Shown piece after piece: positions 19,113 through 28,907 of a DNA stretch of 64,000 nt. The stretch covers positions 146,323 to 210,322 of the forward strand of contig NJBG01000001.1 of the NCBI GenBank assembly GCA_005222965.1, written 5' to 3'. Each line of letters begins with the position of its first letter. Position 1 is the stretch's first letter. The notes under the pieces were generated by a model, which had not been told where the DNA came from, made no database searches, and was given only the letters and a program-made list of their open reading frames with translations. The DNA is from Candidatus Woesearchaeota archaeon B3_Woes (GTDB lineage Archaea > Nanobdellota > Nanobdellia > Woesearchaeales > B3-WOES). The position numbers and the translations under genes are program-made.

Positions 19113-21506
19113 GTGAATTTGGCTAAATCAAATAAGATTATTCTATGGTTTAAAGAACTAGGCATAAAAGACGTAAAGTATGTAGGAGGTAAAAACGCAT
19201 CTCTTGGAGAGATGTATCAAAAACTAACCAAAAAAGGAGTTAATCTTCCAAACGGTTTTGCGGTTACTGCTTATTCTTATCAATACCTTATCAAATATAA
19301 TAAACTAGACAAAGAAATCAGAAAAACACTAAGAGGTTTAGATACTTCAAATATTAGAGACTTAGCTGAAAGAGGTAAACAAGTTAGAAACTTAATTTTA
19401 AATGCAGAATTTCCAGAAAAATTAACAAAAGAAATAGAAAAAGCGTATGATAAATTGTGCAAAGAGTATGGCCAAAACACAGATGTGGCTGTGCGTTCAT
19501 CAGCTACTGCAGAAGATTTACCAGATGCTTCTTTTGCAGGCCAGCAAGAGACCTATCTCAATATAAGAGGAAAAGAATCCCTGATAAAAGCATGTAAAAA
19601 ATGTTTTGCTTCTCTATTCACTAACAGAGCCATTTCTTATAGGGTAGATAAAAAATTCAACCACTTTAAAGTCAGCCTAAGTATTGGCGTTCAAAAGATG
19701 ATTAGAAGCGACAAAGCATCTAGCGGAGTAATGTTTTCAATAGATACTGATTCCGGATTTAAGGATGTAGTTTTAATAAACGCAGCATATGGCTTAGGTG
19801 AAAATGTTGTAAAAGGAACTGTTAATCCTGATTCTTATTATGTGTTTAAACCAACTTTGTTAAAAGGTTTTAAACCTATAATCGAGAAAAAAGTTGGTGA
19901 AAAAAAATTAAAAATGATTTATACAAATAATCAGAGGAATCCTACTAAAAATATAAAAACTTCTGAAAAAGAAAGAAAATCATTTGTTCTTAATCAAGAC
20001 GAGTTGTTAAAATTAGCAAACTGGGGGTGTCTAATTGAACAACACTACAAAAAAGCAATGGATATAGAATGGGCAAAAGATGGAATAACAAAAAAATTAT
20101 ACATAGTACAGGCAAGACCTGAAACAGTTCAAAGTCAAAAAAATATTAATGTTTTAGAAGATTATGAAATGATTAAAAAAGGTCCAATTATTACAATAGG
20201 ACAAAGCGTTGGTTCAAAAGTTGGTTCTGGTAAATCAAATATAATAACAAATGTAAGAGATATTAATAGATTCAAAAAGGGGGAAGTTTTAGTTACAGAA
20301 ATGACAGATCCTGATTGGGAGCCAATAATGAAGATTGCTTCTGCTATTGTCACAGAAAAAGGGGGCAGAACCTGTCATGCGGCAATTATCTCCCGTGAAT
20401 TGGGTGTTCCTTGTGTTGTTGGAACAAACAATGCTACTAAAAAAATAAAATCAAAAGAAAATATTACTGTAAGTTGTGCAGAAGGAGAAAAAGGATTTGT
20501 CTACAAAGGAATTATTCCTTTTAAAGTAAATAGAATAAATGTAAGAAAACATAAAAGACCTAAAACAAAAATAATGATGAATGTAGGAAACCCAGAACAA
20601 GCTTTTGAATTTTCTTTTATACCAAACGACGGTGTAGGATTAGCTAGAGAGGAGTTTATCATAAACGAATACATCAAAATCCATCCAAAAGCGCTTATTA
20701 ATTTTTCAAAAATCAAAGATAAAAAAACAAAACAAAAAATAGAGAGCATGACTTATGGTTACAAAAACAAAACAGAGTTTTTTGTAAATAAACTAGCCCA
20801 AGGGGTTAGTATGATTGGAGCTGCATTCTATCCAAAAGATGTTATTGTTAGATTATCTGATTTTAAATCAAACGAATATGCTAATTTAATTGGCGGAAAA
20901 GAATATGAACCAATAGAAGATAATCCAATGCTTGGTTGGAGAGGAGCTTCAAGATATTATTCTGATTATAAAGATGCTTTTGCATTAGAATGTAAAGCAA
21001 TGAAAAAGGTTCGTGAAGAATTTGGATTAAAAAATGTAAAACTAATGGTTCCTTTTTGCAGAACAGTGGAAGAAGGTAAAAAAGTTCTAGAAGAAATGAA
21101 AAAAAATGGATTAACAAGAGGAAAAGACAACCTAGAAATTTATGTAATGTGTGAAATTCCTTCAAATGTTATACTAGCAGATGAATTTTCTGAAATATTT
21201 GATGGATTTTCAATTGGTTCAAACGATCTAACACAATTAACCCTAGGTCTAGATAGAGATTCAGAACTAGTTAGCAGTATTTATGATGAAAGGAACATGG
21301 CTGTAAAAAAATTAATTGCTTTGGTAATATCTAAAGCAAAAAAGAATAATAAAAAGATAGGAATTTGCGGCCAGGCACCCTCTGATTTCCCTGAATTTGC
21401 TCAATTTCTAGTTCATTGTGGTATTGATTCTATAAGTCTAAACCCAGACACAGTTGTCAAAACAACATTAGCAATATTAAAAGAAGAAAAGAGAATTAAT
21501 TCTTAA
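19113..21506 (+). CDS. ppsA: Phosphoenolpyruvate synthase
   Basis: VGGKNASLGE, AVRSSATAEDL, GGRTCHAAI, FSIGSNDL. Confidence 0.97.
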   Translation: MNLAKSNKIILWFKELGIKDVKYVGGKNASLGEMYQKLTKKGVNLPNGFAVTAYSYQYLIKYNKLDKEIRKTLRGLDTSNIRDLAERGKQVRNLILNAEFPEKLTKEIEKAYDKLCKEYGQNTDVAVRSSATAEDLPDASFAGQQETYLNIRGKESLIKACKKCFASLFTNRAISYRVDKKFNHFKVSLSIGVQKMIRSDKASSGVMFSIDTDSGFKDVVLINAAYGLGENVVKGTVNPDSYYVFKPTLLKGFKPIIEKKVGEKKLKMIYTNNQRNPTKNIKTSEKERKSFVLNQDELLKLANWGCLIEQHYKKAMDIEWAKDGITKKLYIVQARPETVQSQKNINVLEDYEMIKKGPIITIGQSVGSKVGSGKSNIITNVRDINRFKKGEVLVTEMTDPDWEPIMKIASAIVTEKGGRTCHAAIISRELGVPCVVGTNNATKKIKSKENITVSCAEGEKGFVYKGIIPFKVNRINVRKHKRPKTKIMMNVGNPEQAFEFSFIPNDGVGLAREEFIINEYIKIHPKALINFSKIKDKKTKQKIESMTYGYKNKTEFFVNKLAQGVSMIGAAFYPKDVIVRLSDFKSNEYANLIGGKEYEPIEDNPMLGWRGASRYYSDYKDAFALECKAMKKVREEFGLKNVKLMVPFCRTVEEGKKVLEEMKKNGLTRGKDNLEIYVMCEIPSNVILADEFSEIFDGFSIGSNDLTQLTLGLDRDSELVSSIYDERNMAVKKLIALVISKAKKNNKKIGICGQAPSDFPEFAQFLVHCGIDSISLNPDTVVKTTLAILKEEKRINS

Positions 21507-22194
21507 TTAAAACTTCTTTAAAAAAACCATCAACACTTTTTTTCATATCATCAATTTCTTTTTGTTTGTATGAAGTTATATTCTTAAATCTATTTTCTAT
21601 CATATCTCTATTTGATCTAAAATTCTGTAAAATATATTTTTTAGAACCCTTTAGCAATTTTCCTATCTTCAAAATATTCTCTTTTGTTATCAACCCAGGA
21701 ACAACAGTAGTTCTAAACTCATAGTCAATCTCGGATTTTTGGATTAGTTTGATTGATTTTTTTATTTGATTAATATCAACATTAACACCAACAACATTTT
21801 CATAATCCTCTAAACTTGTCTTAACATCCATTGCAATATAATCTAATAATTTATTATCAATCAATCTCTTAATCATAGCAGGATTATAACCATCTGTATC
21901 TAGTTTAACTAAAAATTCTTTTTCTTTGATTTGAGAAATAAAAGAAGGCAAATCTGTATAAAGAGTAGGCTCCCCACCAGTTATACAAACACCATCAAGC
22001 CATTTTTTTCTTTTTTCTAGAAAAGATAATACTTCATCTTCTTTTATTGTTTTAAGATCTTTAGAATGAAGAACTAAATCTGGATTATGGCAAAATCCAC
22101 ATCTAAAATTGCACCCGCCTACAAAAATTGTAGCAACACCATAAGGCTCAAAATCTATCAAAGACATTTTTTGAAGCCCTTTTATGAGGACCAT
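21496..22194 (-). CDS. nrdG: Anaerobic RNR activating enzyme (radical SAM)
   Basis: GCNFRCGFCHNP, ITGGEP, EFRTT; downstream of nrdD. Confidence 0.93.
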   Translation of the reverse strand: MVLIKGLQKMSLIDFEPYGVATIFVGGCNFRCGFCHNPDLVLHSKDLKTIKEDEVLSFLEKRKKWLDGVCITGGEPTLYTDLPSFISQIKEKEFLVKLDTDGYNPAMIKRLIDNKLLDYIAMDVKTSLEDYENVVGVNVDINQIKKSIKLIQKSEIDYEFRTTVVPGLITKENILKIGKLLKGSKKYILQNFRSNRDMIENRFKNITSYKQKEIDDMKKSVDGFFKEVLIKN

Positions 22195-22195
22195 C

Positions 22196-22441
22196 TTAGA
22201 CCAAACTCTTGTTTTCAATTACCCTTTTTATTTCGTCAATAGAGCGTGCTTCACTCTTAAACTCTTCGCCTTCAAAAAAAAGAACAGTAGGCACAGAATT
22301 TATATTAAATTTTTGTGCTTGTTCTAATCCTTCAGGTTGTGAAGCATCAATCTCTTCTCCTTCCATGTCAACGTTTTTCATAAATTCCTTTACAGTTGGG
22401 CAGTTTGGGCACATTGGTGTAAAAAACAATTTATATTTCAT
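22196..22441 (-). CDS. Thioredoxin/glutaredoxin-like protein
   Basis: CPNC active site and SVPT cis-Pro motif; sits between nrdD and nrdG. Confidence 0.88.
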   Translation of the reverse strand: MKYKLFFTPMCPNCPTVKEFMKNVDMEGEEIDASQPEGLEQAQKFNINSVPTVLFFEGEEFKSEARSIDEIKRVIENKSLV

Positions 22442-22442
22442 C

Positions 22443-24710
22443 TTAATCTGGATTTTTAATCTTTAAAACAGGTTCAATTTTACTCTTAAAATCTGAATCA
22501 AGGCTTTTTTGTTCACAATACTCTTCTCTAAATTTGAATTCTTCTGCTTTGCCTCTGTTCCATTGTTTTATTGGTCTGAAATAACCAACAATCCTGCTAT
22601 AAACCTCATTTTCGCCTCCACACTCTTTACACTCGTAAACCTCTCCTTTAGTATAACCATGTTTAGAGCATATCGAAAAGGTAGGTGTTATTGTAAAGTA
22701 AGGTAGTTTTGTATTATATGCAATTTTTTTGACTAATCTTTTGCATGATTCTCCACTGTTCATCTTTTCTCCTAAAAATGTATGGAAAATTGTACCTCCA
22801 GTGTATAGTGACTGTATTTTGTCTTGATGTTCTACTGCTTCAATTGCATCATCTGTATGATCAACAGATAATTGTGTTGAATTAGTCAAGAAAGGTTCAT
22901 CCTTTCCAGAAGTTATAATCTTATCACCATATAGTTCTTTGTCGAGCCTTGCAAATCTATAAGCTGTACTTTCAGCAGGTGTTGCTTCTAAATTATACAA
23001 ATTTTTTGTTTCGTTCTGGAATTCTTTTAATTTACCCCTCATAAAGTTCATTACTTCAATTGTAAAGTTTACTCCTTCTTCACTTTCAATACCTTTACCT
23101 ACGAAGTTTAAACAACATTCATGCATTCCACATATACCAATCGTGCTAAAATGATTGTCAAATGTTCCAAGGTATCTTTTTGTGAAAGGCATTAAACCAT
23201 TTTCTAAGTTTTTATCAACAACCTTTCTTTTTGTTTCTAAGCTGATCTTTCCTAATTCCATATAATGACTTAATTTGTCAAAGAACTCTTCTTTGGTTTT
23301 GTTCTCATAACCAAGTCTGTTCATATTTATTGTTACAACGCCAATTGAACCTGTTGAATCTCCTGGACCCCACATTCCTCCTGGCCTATTCATTAGCTCA
23401 TTTTGATCCAGATTTAATCTGCAGCACATTGCTCTTATAGACTTAGGATCTAGGTTGCTTCCAATATAGTTTTGGAAATATGGTGTACCATACTTTGCAG
23501 TTAAATCAAACAATAAATTTGATGTTTGATCATTCCAATCAAAATCTTTTGTTAGATTATATGTTGGTATTGGGAATGTAAATATTCTGCCGTTTGCATC
23601 TCCCTCTAACATTACCTCAATAAATGCCTTATTGATCATATCCATCTCTTTTTGACAGTCTCCATAAGTAAAGTCCTGTTCAACTCCTCCAACAATAGCT
23701 TTATCATTTTTCAGATCTTCAGGAGCCTTCCAATCAAAGGTTAGGTTTGAAAAAGGATATTGAGATCCCCATCTAGATGGTATATTCAAACTAAATACTA
23801 ATTGTTGTATAGCTTGCTTTACCTGTTTATAGGTTAAATTATCAGTCTTAATAAAAGGAGCTAATAGAGTGTCAACAGATGAAAAAGCCTGAGCACCTGC
23901 AAACTCCATTTGTAGACATCCAATAAAATTAACCATTTGATGTACAACAGTACTCATGTGCTTTGCTGGTTTACAATCAACTTTATTTGCTACTCCTCCA
24001 AAACCTTTTAATAACAAGTTCTTTAAAGACCAACCAGCACAATAACCAATTACACCATGGCTTAAATCATGGATATGCATATCTCCTTTTTTATGTGCTT
24101 CTGATACCTGAAGAGAATATAATTCATTCAGATTATAATTTTTCATAACCTCTCCTGCAGTATACAATAATAATCCTGAAAAAGAATAAGATTCATTACT
24201 ATTCTCTTTTGTATCCCACTTATTCTGATCAAGATATGTACTAATTACTTTTTGAACATTAACAAAAGTAGTTTTACCATCTCTTAGTTTTTTATGTTGA
24301 TCTCTGTAAAGAATATATGATTTTGCTGTTTTTGAATGTCCTTCCTCAACCAGAACCTTCTCAACAATATCCTGAACTTCTTCTACACTAGGGATATCTT
24401 CATTGAATTTTTGTTTGACAGTTTCAATAACTTTCTTACTTAATTTTTTTGATTCATCTTTATCAGAACCACCAACACTTTTAGCAGCCTGAAAAATAGC
24501 ATTAGTTATTTTATCAGTACTAAAATCAACAACCTTTCCATTTCTTTTTCTTATTTTAGCAATAAGGTGGTCTTCTACAATTTGTTCATATGTTGTAAAT
24601 CTATTTCCGCAATCATTACACTCTCTTCTTCTTCTATTCTTTAAAGAATCTTCAGAAGATCTCTTATCAATCACTTTTAATTTCTCAGAAGAACATTTTG
24701 GACATTTCAT
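22443..24710 (-). CDS. nrdD: Class III ribonucleoside-triphosphate reductase with N-terminal NrdR-like Zn ribbon and ATP cone
   Basis: HIHDL, YCAGW, AMCCRL, EATPAES, glycyl-radical RIVGY; N-terminus MKCPKC...VIDKR...RRRRECNDC..RFTTYE. Confidence 0.95.
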   Translation of the reverse strand: MKCPKCSSEKLKVIDKRSSEDSLKNRRRRECNDCGNRFTTYEQIVEDHLIAKIRKRNGKVVDFSTDKITNAIFQAAKSVGGSDKDESKKLSKKVIETVKQKFNEDIPSVEEVQDIVEKVLVEEGHSKTAKSYILYRDQHKKLRDGKTTFVNVQKVISTYLDQNKWDTKENSNESYSFSGLLLYTAGEVMKNYNLNELYSLQVSEAHKKGDMHIHDLSHGVIGYCAGWSLKNLLLKGFGGVANKVDCKPAKHMSTVVHQMVNFIGCLQMEFAGAQAFSSVDTLLAPFIKTDNLTYKQVKQAIQQLVFSLNIPSRWGSQYPFSNLTFDWKAPEDLKNDKAIVGGVEQDFTYGDCQKEMDMINKAFIEVMLEGDANGRIFTFPIPTYNLTKDFDWNDQTSNLLFDLTAKYGTPYFQNYIGSNLDPKSIRAMCCRLNLDQNELMNRPGGMWGPGDSTGSIGVVTINMNRLGYENKTKEEFFDKLSHYMELGKISLETKRKVVDKNLENGLMPFTKRYLGTFDNHFSTIGICGMHECCLNFVGKGIESEEGVNFTIEVMNFMRGKLKEFQNETKNLYNLEATPAESTAYRFARLDKELYGDKIITSGKDEPFLTNSTQLSVDHTDDAIEAVEHQDKIQSLYTGGTIFHTFLGEKMNSGESCKRLVKKIAYNTKLPYFTITPTFSICSKHGYTKGEVYECKECGGENEVYSRIVGYFRPIKQWNRGKAEEFKFREEYCEQKSLDSDFKSKIEPVLKIKNPD

Positions 24711-24830
24711 TTTATACCTCCTTAAGTGATAAGATGAAACAAAGAAATTTTAATTTCGCATGTTTCATTTTTCATTTCACCTCGTTTTCAGTATCTTTTA
24801 TCTTAACTAGAATATTTTAGTAGATGTAGC

Positions 24831-24842
24831 TTATATATAAAA
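24831..24842 (-). promoter_or_regulatory. Putative TATA box of the nrdD operon
   Basis: TTTTATATATAA preceded by purine-rich CAAAG (BRE-like). Confidence 0.55.
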
Positions 24843-24864
24843 CTTTGTAACAACTGTCTGATAA

Positions 24865-24911
24865 ACACAAGATATTGTAGTCTTTTTTATGAAAAACACA
24901 ATATATTGTGG
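24865..24911. promoter_or_regulatory. Tandem NrdR boxes
   Basis: ACACAAGATATTGTAG (24865-24880) and ACACAATATATTGTGG (24896-24911) match the consensus acaCwAtATaTwGtgt and start 31 bp apart. Confidence 0.85.
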
Positions 24912-25124
24912 TACACAATTTATATTAAAAACTAGAAAAAGCCATATTTACTAAAATAAAGCCCATATTTAAAGATTTAGCAATTCAAAAATCGATTATA
25001 AAAAACATATAATTAACAATTATTTTCAATATTGTAAATATAAAAAGTTTAATATATTTTGTAACTACTTAATAGTTATTAAAAAATAGAAACATTTAAA
25101 TATGATAATGACGATGCTGTTTCT

Positions 25125-26480
25125 ATGAATGCTGTACTAAATCCAGTAGATTTGAATATTGCACTACATAGAGCACTAGGTAGTGTTTTTACTAGTAGCG
25201 ATTACATCATTCGTACATTTGAAGATATCTTAAAAAGTTATCCATTAAAAAGAATTGAATCCATGAAACAAGGAGAACTAGAAAAGGTTCTTTATAGGCT
25301 TTCTCAAAGAAAAGGTGTGCAAGAAATGCAGGAAAGCATTAATACAGATATTCAACATGGACAGGAAAAAATTGATTCAGCTGTATATGGAATAATTCTA
25401 CAAAACCTAGAAAACGCAGGAATTATATCCAAAGATGAATTAAGTAGTGTTAATGATTTTTGTGATCAGGAAATTGTAGCTTATTCATGTCCAACCAGCC
25501 AGGATCCTAACAAAGTATTGGCAAGAGGACAATTTCCTCTAGAAATGAGTTTAGATGAAGCAAGATTTACACCAAATAATGTTTTTTATAGTGGTGAAGG
25601 CCTAGAATGGAAAATAAGACCTGGAGAAAAACCAAATTTGATTCTTGAGGAAGGTGCTATGTTAAAAGAAGGTGGAAGATTTTTTGTTTTTGAAGAACAA
25701 GCAACTACTAAAAGATCTCATCAAATAGTTAGAGAAATTACTCAATACCTGGTAGATCATTACCCTGCAAAAGAAGGTTTAAAAAATAATTACCCAAGCA
25801 TACAAAAAAAATTAGTTCGTGCATTAAGACCTATGTTTCCTTCTGTAGAGGATGAAGAAGGAAGAATAAACCATCAAAAACTAGTTAAAATATTTAGACA
25901 AGCGAAAAGAAGAAATATTGATTTAAATGATTATGTTAAACAAGGAGATAGAATACTTACAGAAACATTGATGAAGAGTATAGAAGAAATTGTTCCAGCA
26001 CCATATTCTGCTGTAAAAACAAGGGTTAAATCAAGAGAAACAGCTTTTCATAAAATTATAGAATCTATTTATGATCTAAGAAGCGATGGACATAAAGGTG
26101 GCGCAAAAGAATTTAAAGATTTGTATGGTATTAGGATCATACTTCCAACAATAGATGATATCTTTGTATATGTTAATCAGCTTAAAAGATCAGCAGGCGT
26201 AGAAGTCGTTACAGATAGAGAAGGAAACTCACTAGAAAAAGATCATGTTACATTTCCTAAACCAAACAAATATCAATCTTACCATCTACCAATAAAGTTT
26301 GCAGGTACACTTTATGATATACAAATAAGAACTCATGAAATGGATGAAAAAGCAGAAAGAGATATTCAACAAGCGCACCATGTTTACAAAAACATTAAAA
26401 AAGATCCACTTGATTCTACTTCCCTAAACGTAAGAAAAGTAATTAGTACTTGTTTAGGATTGCCTCTTCCTTGTGAATAA
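25125..26480 (+). CDS. RelA/SpoT-type nucleotidyltransferase domain protein
   Basis: C-terminal RVKS...K, DLYGIRII, KDH...PKPNKYQSYH, DIQIRT..M...AE. Confidence 0.8.
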   Translation: MNAVLNPVDLNIALHRALGSVFTSSDYIIRTFEDILKSYPLKRIESMKQGELEKVLYRLSQRKGVQEMQESINTDIQHGQEKIDSAVYGIILQNLENAGIISKDELSSVNDFCDQEIVAYSCPTSQDPNKVLARGQFPLEMSLDEARFTPNNVFYSGEGLEWKIRPGEKPNLILEEGAMLKEGGRFFVFEEQATTKRSHQIVREITQYLVDHYPAKEGLKNNYPSIQKKLVRALRPMFPSVEDEEGRINHQKLVKIFRQAKRRNIDLNDYVKQGDRILTETLMKSIEEIVPAPYSAVKTRVKSRETAFHKIIESIYDLRSDGHKGGAKEFKDLYGIRIILPTIDDIFVYVNQLKRSAGVEVVTDREGNSLEKDHVTFPKPNKYQSYHLPIKFAGTLYDIQIRTHEMDEKAERDIQQAHHVYKNIKKDPLDSTSLNVRKVISTCLGLPLPCE

Positions 26481-26520
26481 TAAGAAAACATTTATATAAA
26501 ACTAAATTAGATTAAATTCT

Positions 26521-26841
26521 ATGCCAAAAGGAAGGCCAGTCAAAAGCAAAGTAAGAGACAATATTATTGAGCTGCTCTATTTTCTCAAGCACGCCTATGG
26601 TTATGATATTTACAAACGCTACATAGAAATTTTTCCAAGAACAACTATGAGGAATATTTACTATCATCTTAAAAAAGGTCTAGCTCTAAAAGAATTTGCA
26701 ATAGAAAAAATAGAAAAAGAAAAAGGAGAGTATAGCTGGGGAGGAGAAGCAGAAAAGATCTATTACAAACTAGGGCCTAACGCAAATCCAAGAATGGATA
26801 AAAGAATAAAAAACTCTCTTGAAAGGAGAAAAATTATTTGA
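26521..26841 (+). CDS. Winged-helix (PadR-like) protein
   Basis: YGYDIYK.Y......TMRNIYYHLKKG ... K.YYKL. Confidence 0.7.
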   Translation: MPKGRPVKSKVRDNIIELLYFLKHAYGYDIYKRYIEIFPRTTMRNIYYHLKKGLALKEFAIEKIEKEKGEYSWGGEAEKIYYKLGPNANPRMDKRIKNSLERRKII

Positions 26842-27511
26842 TTTTCTTAAAAAAACCAATCAGACTAAAAGCCTCTCTTTTTGTTAAAAAACTTTTGCCA
26901 ATAATTCTTTTCCAGACAATCTTTTGGGTTTTTTTCTTATCAGAAGTAGAAAATTTTATCTTACCAAGGGCTTTATTAATATTCTCTAAAAGAATTTCTT
27001 TATCTTTCAAAGAAGCCAATTCATTTAATGTATTTTCCTTATTAAACAATTCATAAAACAAAACAGCACAAGAGTGAGAAATATTCAAAGTAGAATATTT
27101 CTTTGAAGTTGGAATTGTTACAACAAAATCAGCTGATAAAATTTCTTTATTACTTAAACCAGAACTCTCAGGACCAATCAACAAACCAATCTTCTTATTA
27201 ACAGGAATAATAGATGATAATTGAGCAGGAGTTAGAGGAGACCTAGGATTATAAGAAGTGCCTCTAATAGCAGTTGTAGCAATTAAGTAATCCATTTTAG
27301 GGATTTTCTTAACAACTCTAGCTTTTTTAAGAATTGATTGTGAATGTTTCGCTCTATTCCTAGCTTCCTGACTTAAATGATTACATTTAGGATCAACTAA
27401 AATCAAATTTTTTAAATCAAAATTAGCCATTACTCTAGAAACTGCACCAATATTTCCAGGATTTTCAGGTTTAACTAAAATTACATTTAACATAGAATTA
27501 GAATAATCCAA
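26834..27511 (-). CDS. trmJ: SPOUT tRNA methyltransferase (TrmJ family)
   Basis: PENPGNIGAVSRVMANF, GPESSGL, LNISHS; start may be at 27492 or nearby. Confidence 0.88.
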   Translation of the reverse strand: MDYSNSMLNVILVKPENPGNIGAVSRVMANFDLKNLILVDPKCNHLSQEARNRAKHSQSILKKARVVKKIPKMDYLIATTAIRGTSYNPRSPLTPAQLSSIIPVNKKIGLLIGPESSGLSNKEILSADFVVTIPTSKKYSTLNISHSCAVLFYELFNKENTLNELASLKDKEILLENINKALGKIKFSTSDKKKTQKIVWKRIIGKSFLTKREAFSLIGFFKKIK

Positions 27512-28679
27512 ATTGCTTTAAATAAGTTGTGACTATGCCAACTAAAATCAAAAATACAAATAAAGAGTTAATAGTTCCCCAAATTTTAATTGCTTTTTTC
27601 TTGTCTTTAATTGAATCTTGTAAAGCTATCAACAACATCTTTGCACCATCTGTTATATACACAGGAAGCAAATTAATAAGTCCAATAGATATATTTAACA
27701 TCCAAAGCCAAATAAATAATCCTTTAAACCATGTAAAAATTTTAAAGATTGTTTCAAAACCTTGTTTAGGTTCTGTTTTATTTCTTATTCTATTAACTCC
27801 AATAAAACCTTTACTAGGGTTATCAGGATGAGCAACAGTAACAAGAGAATATGTCTTATTTCCACTTCCTAAATAGACTGTTTCATTAACACTAATACAA
27901 ACACCCATCTTTTCAAAAAAACTGTTATAGTTTGTAACTTTTTCACCATCAAAAGAGTCTATTAAAGTTCCACTTTCAATAACAGATGCAGGATAACCTT
28001 CTTTTGTATCAAAAGTAAAACCAATTGGTTCTGTTATTCTATTTTCTATAGGCACAAAAACGAATATGAGTAACACTAAGAAAATAAAGGCAAACAAGAC
28101 ATTTGAAATAGGTCCTGCTGAAAGAATAGAATACTGAACATGAGATTTTCTTTTAGCCATCTCCTTTTCATTAGGTTCTACAAATGCTGCAGGGATTATT
28201 GGCAACAACATACATAAAAAAGCAAATCCGCTTGATTTAACTTTTATATTGTGAGCACGAATAACAACACCATGAGCAAATTCGTGAACAATAGCCAAAA
28301 CAAGTATTGATATTATAAAATAAAAAAAGGACAAATATCCTACACCAGGAATTGTAGTTCCTGGTAAAACCAATGCCATTCCTGTTTCAGTAACCTTTGG
28401 AGCAAGAAAAAATTTAAGCATAGATATTAATATTACTAAAGATATAACAATTAAACCAACAAAACCAAATCCAATACAAACATAACCAAATAACTTCACT
28501 AAATTTCTATGTTTTGAAGAAATTCTGTCCATCCATTTTAATCCAAAATTAGTTCTATACAAAACAAAATAAAACAAAGGATAAAGTAATTTCTGAACAG
28601 TAATTTGTTTTCTCTTAAAAATCAAAAATATTGTAATAAGAACAACGAACACAATAAATGCAGTATAATCAAAATTCAT
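27498..28679 (-). CDS. Site-2 protease (M50)
   Basis: HEFAH, AFVEP, AGPISN, NLLP...DG; start reset to MNFDY. Confidence 0.92.
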   Translation of the reverse strand: MNFDYTAFIVFVVLITIFLIFKRKQITVQKLLYPLFYFVLYRTNFGLKWMDRISSKHRNLVKLFGYVCIGFGFVGLIVISLVILISMLKFFLAPKVTETGMALVLPGTTIPGVGYLSFFYFIISILVLAIVHEFAHGVVIRAHNIKVKSSGFAFLCMLLPIIPAAFVEPNEKEMAKRKSHVQYSILSAGPISNVLFAFIFLVLLIFVFVPIENRITEPIGFTFDTKEGYPASVIESGTLIDSFDGEKVTNYNSFFEKMGVCISVNETVYLGSGNKTYSLVTVAHPDNPSKGFIGVNRIRNKTEPKQGFETIFKIFTWFKGLFIWLWMLNISIGLINLLPVYITDGAKMLLIALQDSIKDKKKAIKIWGTINSLFVFLILVGIVTTYLKQFGLF

Positions 28680-28684
28680 ATTAA

Positions 28685-28846
28685 TTATTTCTTTCTTAAA
28701 GTTCTTAAGGCTTTGCTGCCACACCTTTTGCAGCTTACTTTACCCTCTATCACTTTCATCATAGTTGATTTGAGTACTTTTTTACATTTCTTACATGCAA
28801 ACTTGTTTTTGAATAATCTTGCTTGTGCTTCTGGAAATCTTACCAT
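28685..28846 (-). CDS. rpl40e: 50S ribosomal protein L40e
   Basis: MVRFPEAQARLF..CKKC...CKRCGSKALR; SD GAGGT. Confidence 0.88.
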   Translation of the reverse strand: MVRFPEAQARLFKNKFACKKCKKVLKSTMMKVIEGKVSCKRCGSKALRTLRKK

Positions 28847-28907
28847 TTTTATTACCTCAAGAAATAGGTAAGGCTCAAAAATTTTAATTTTTGTTGTCTC
28901 ACCATAC

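Noticed and set aside
24806..24821. Third NrdR box (ACTAGAATATTTTAGT)
   Set aside because: Palindromic but a poor match to the consensus and out of the 31-bp phase
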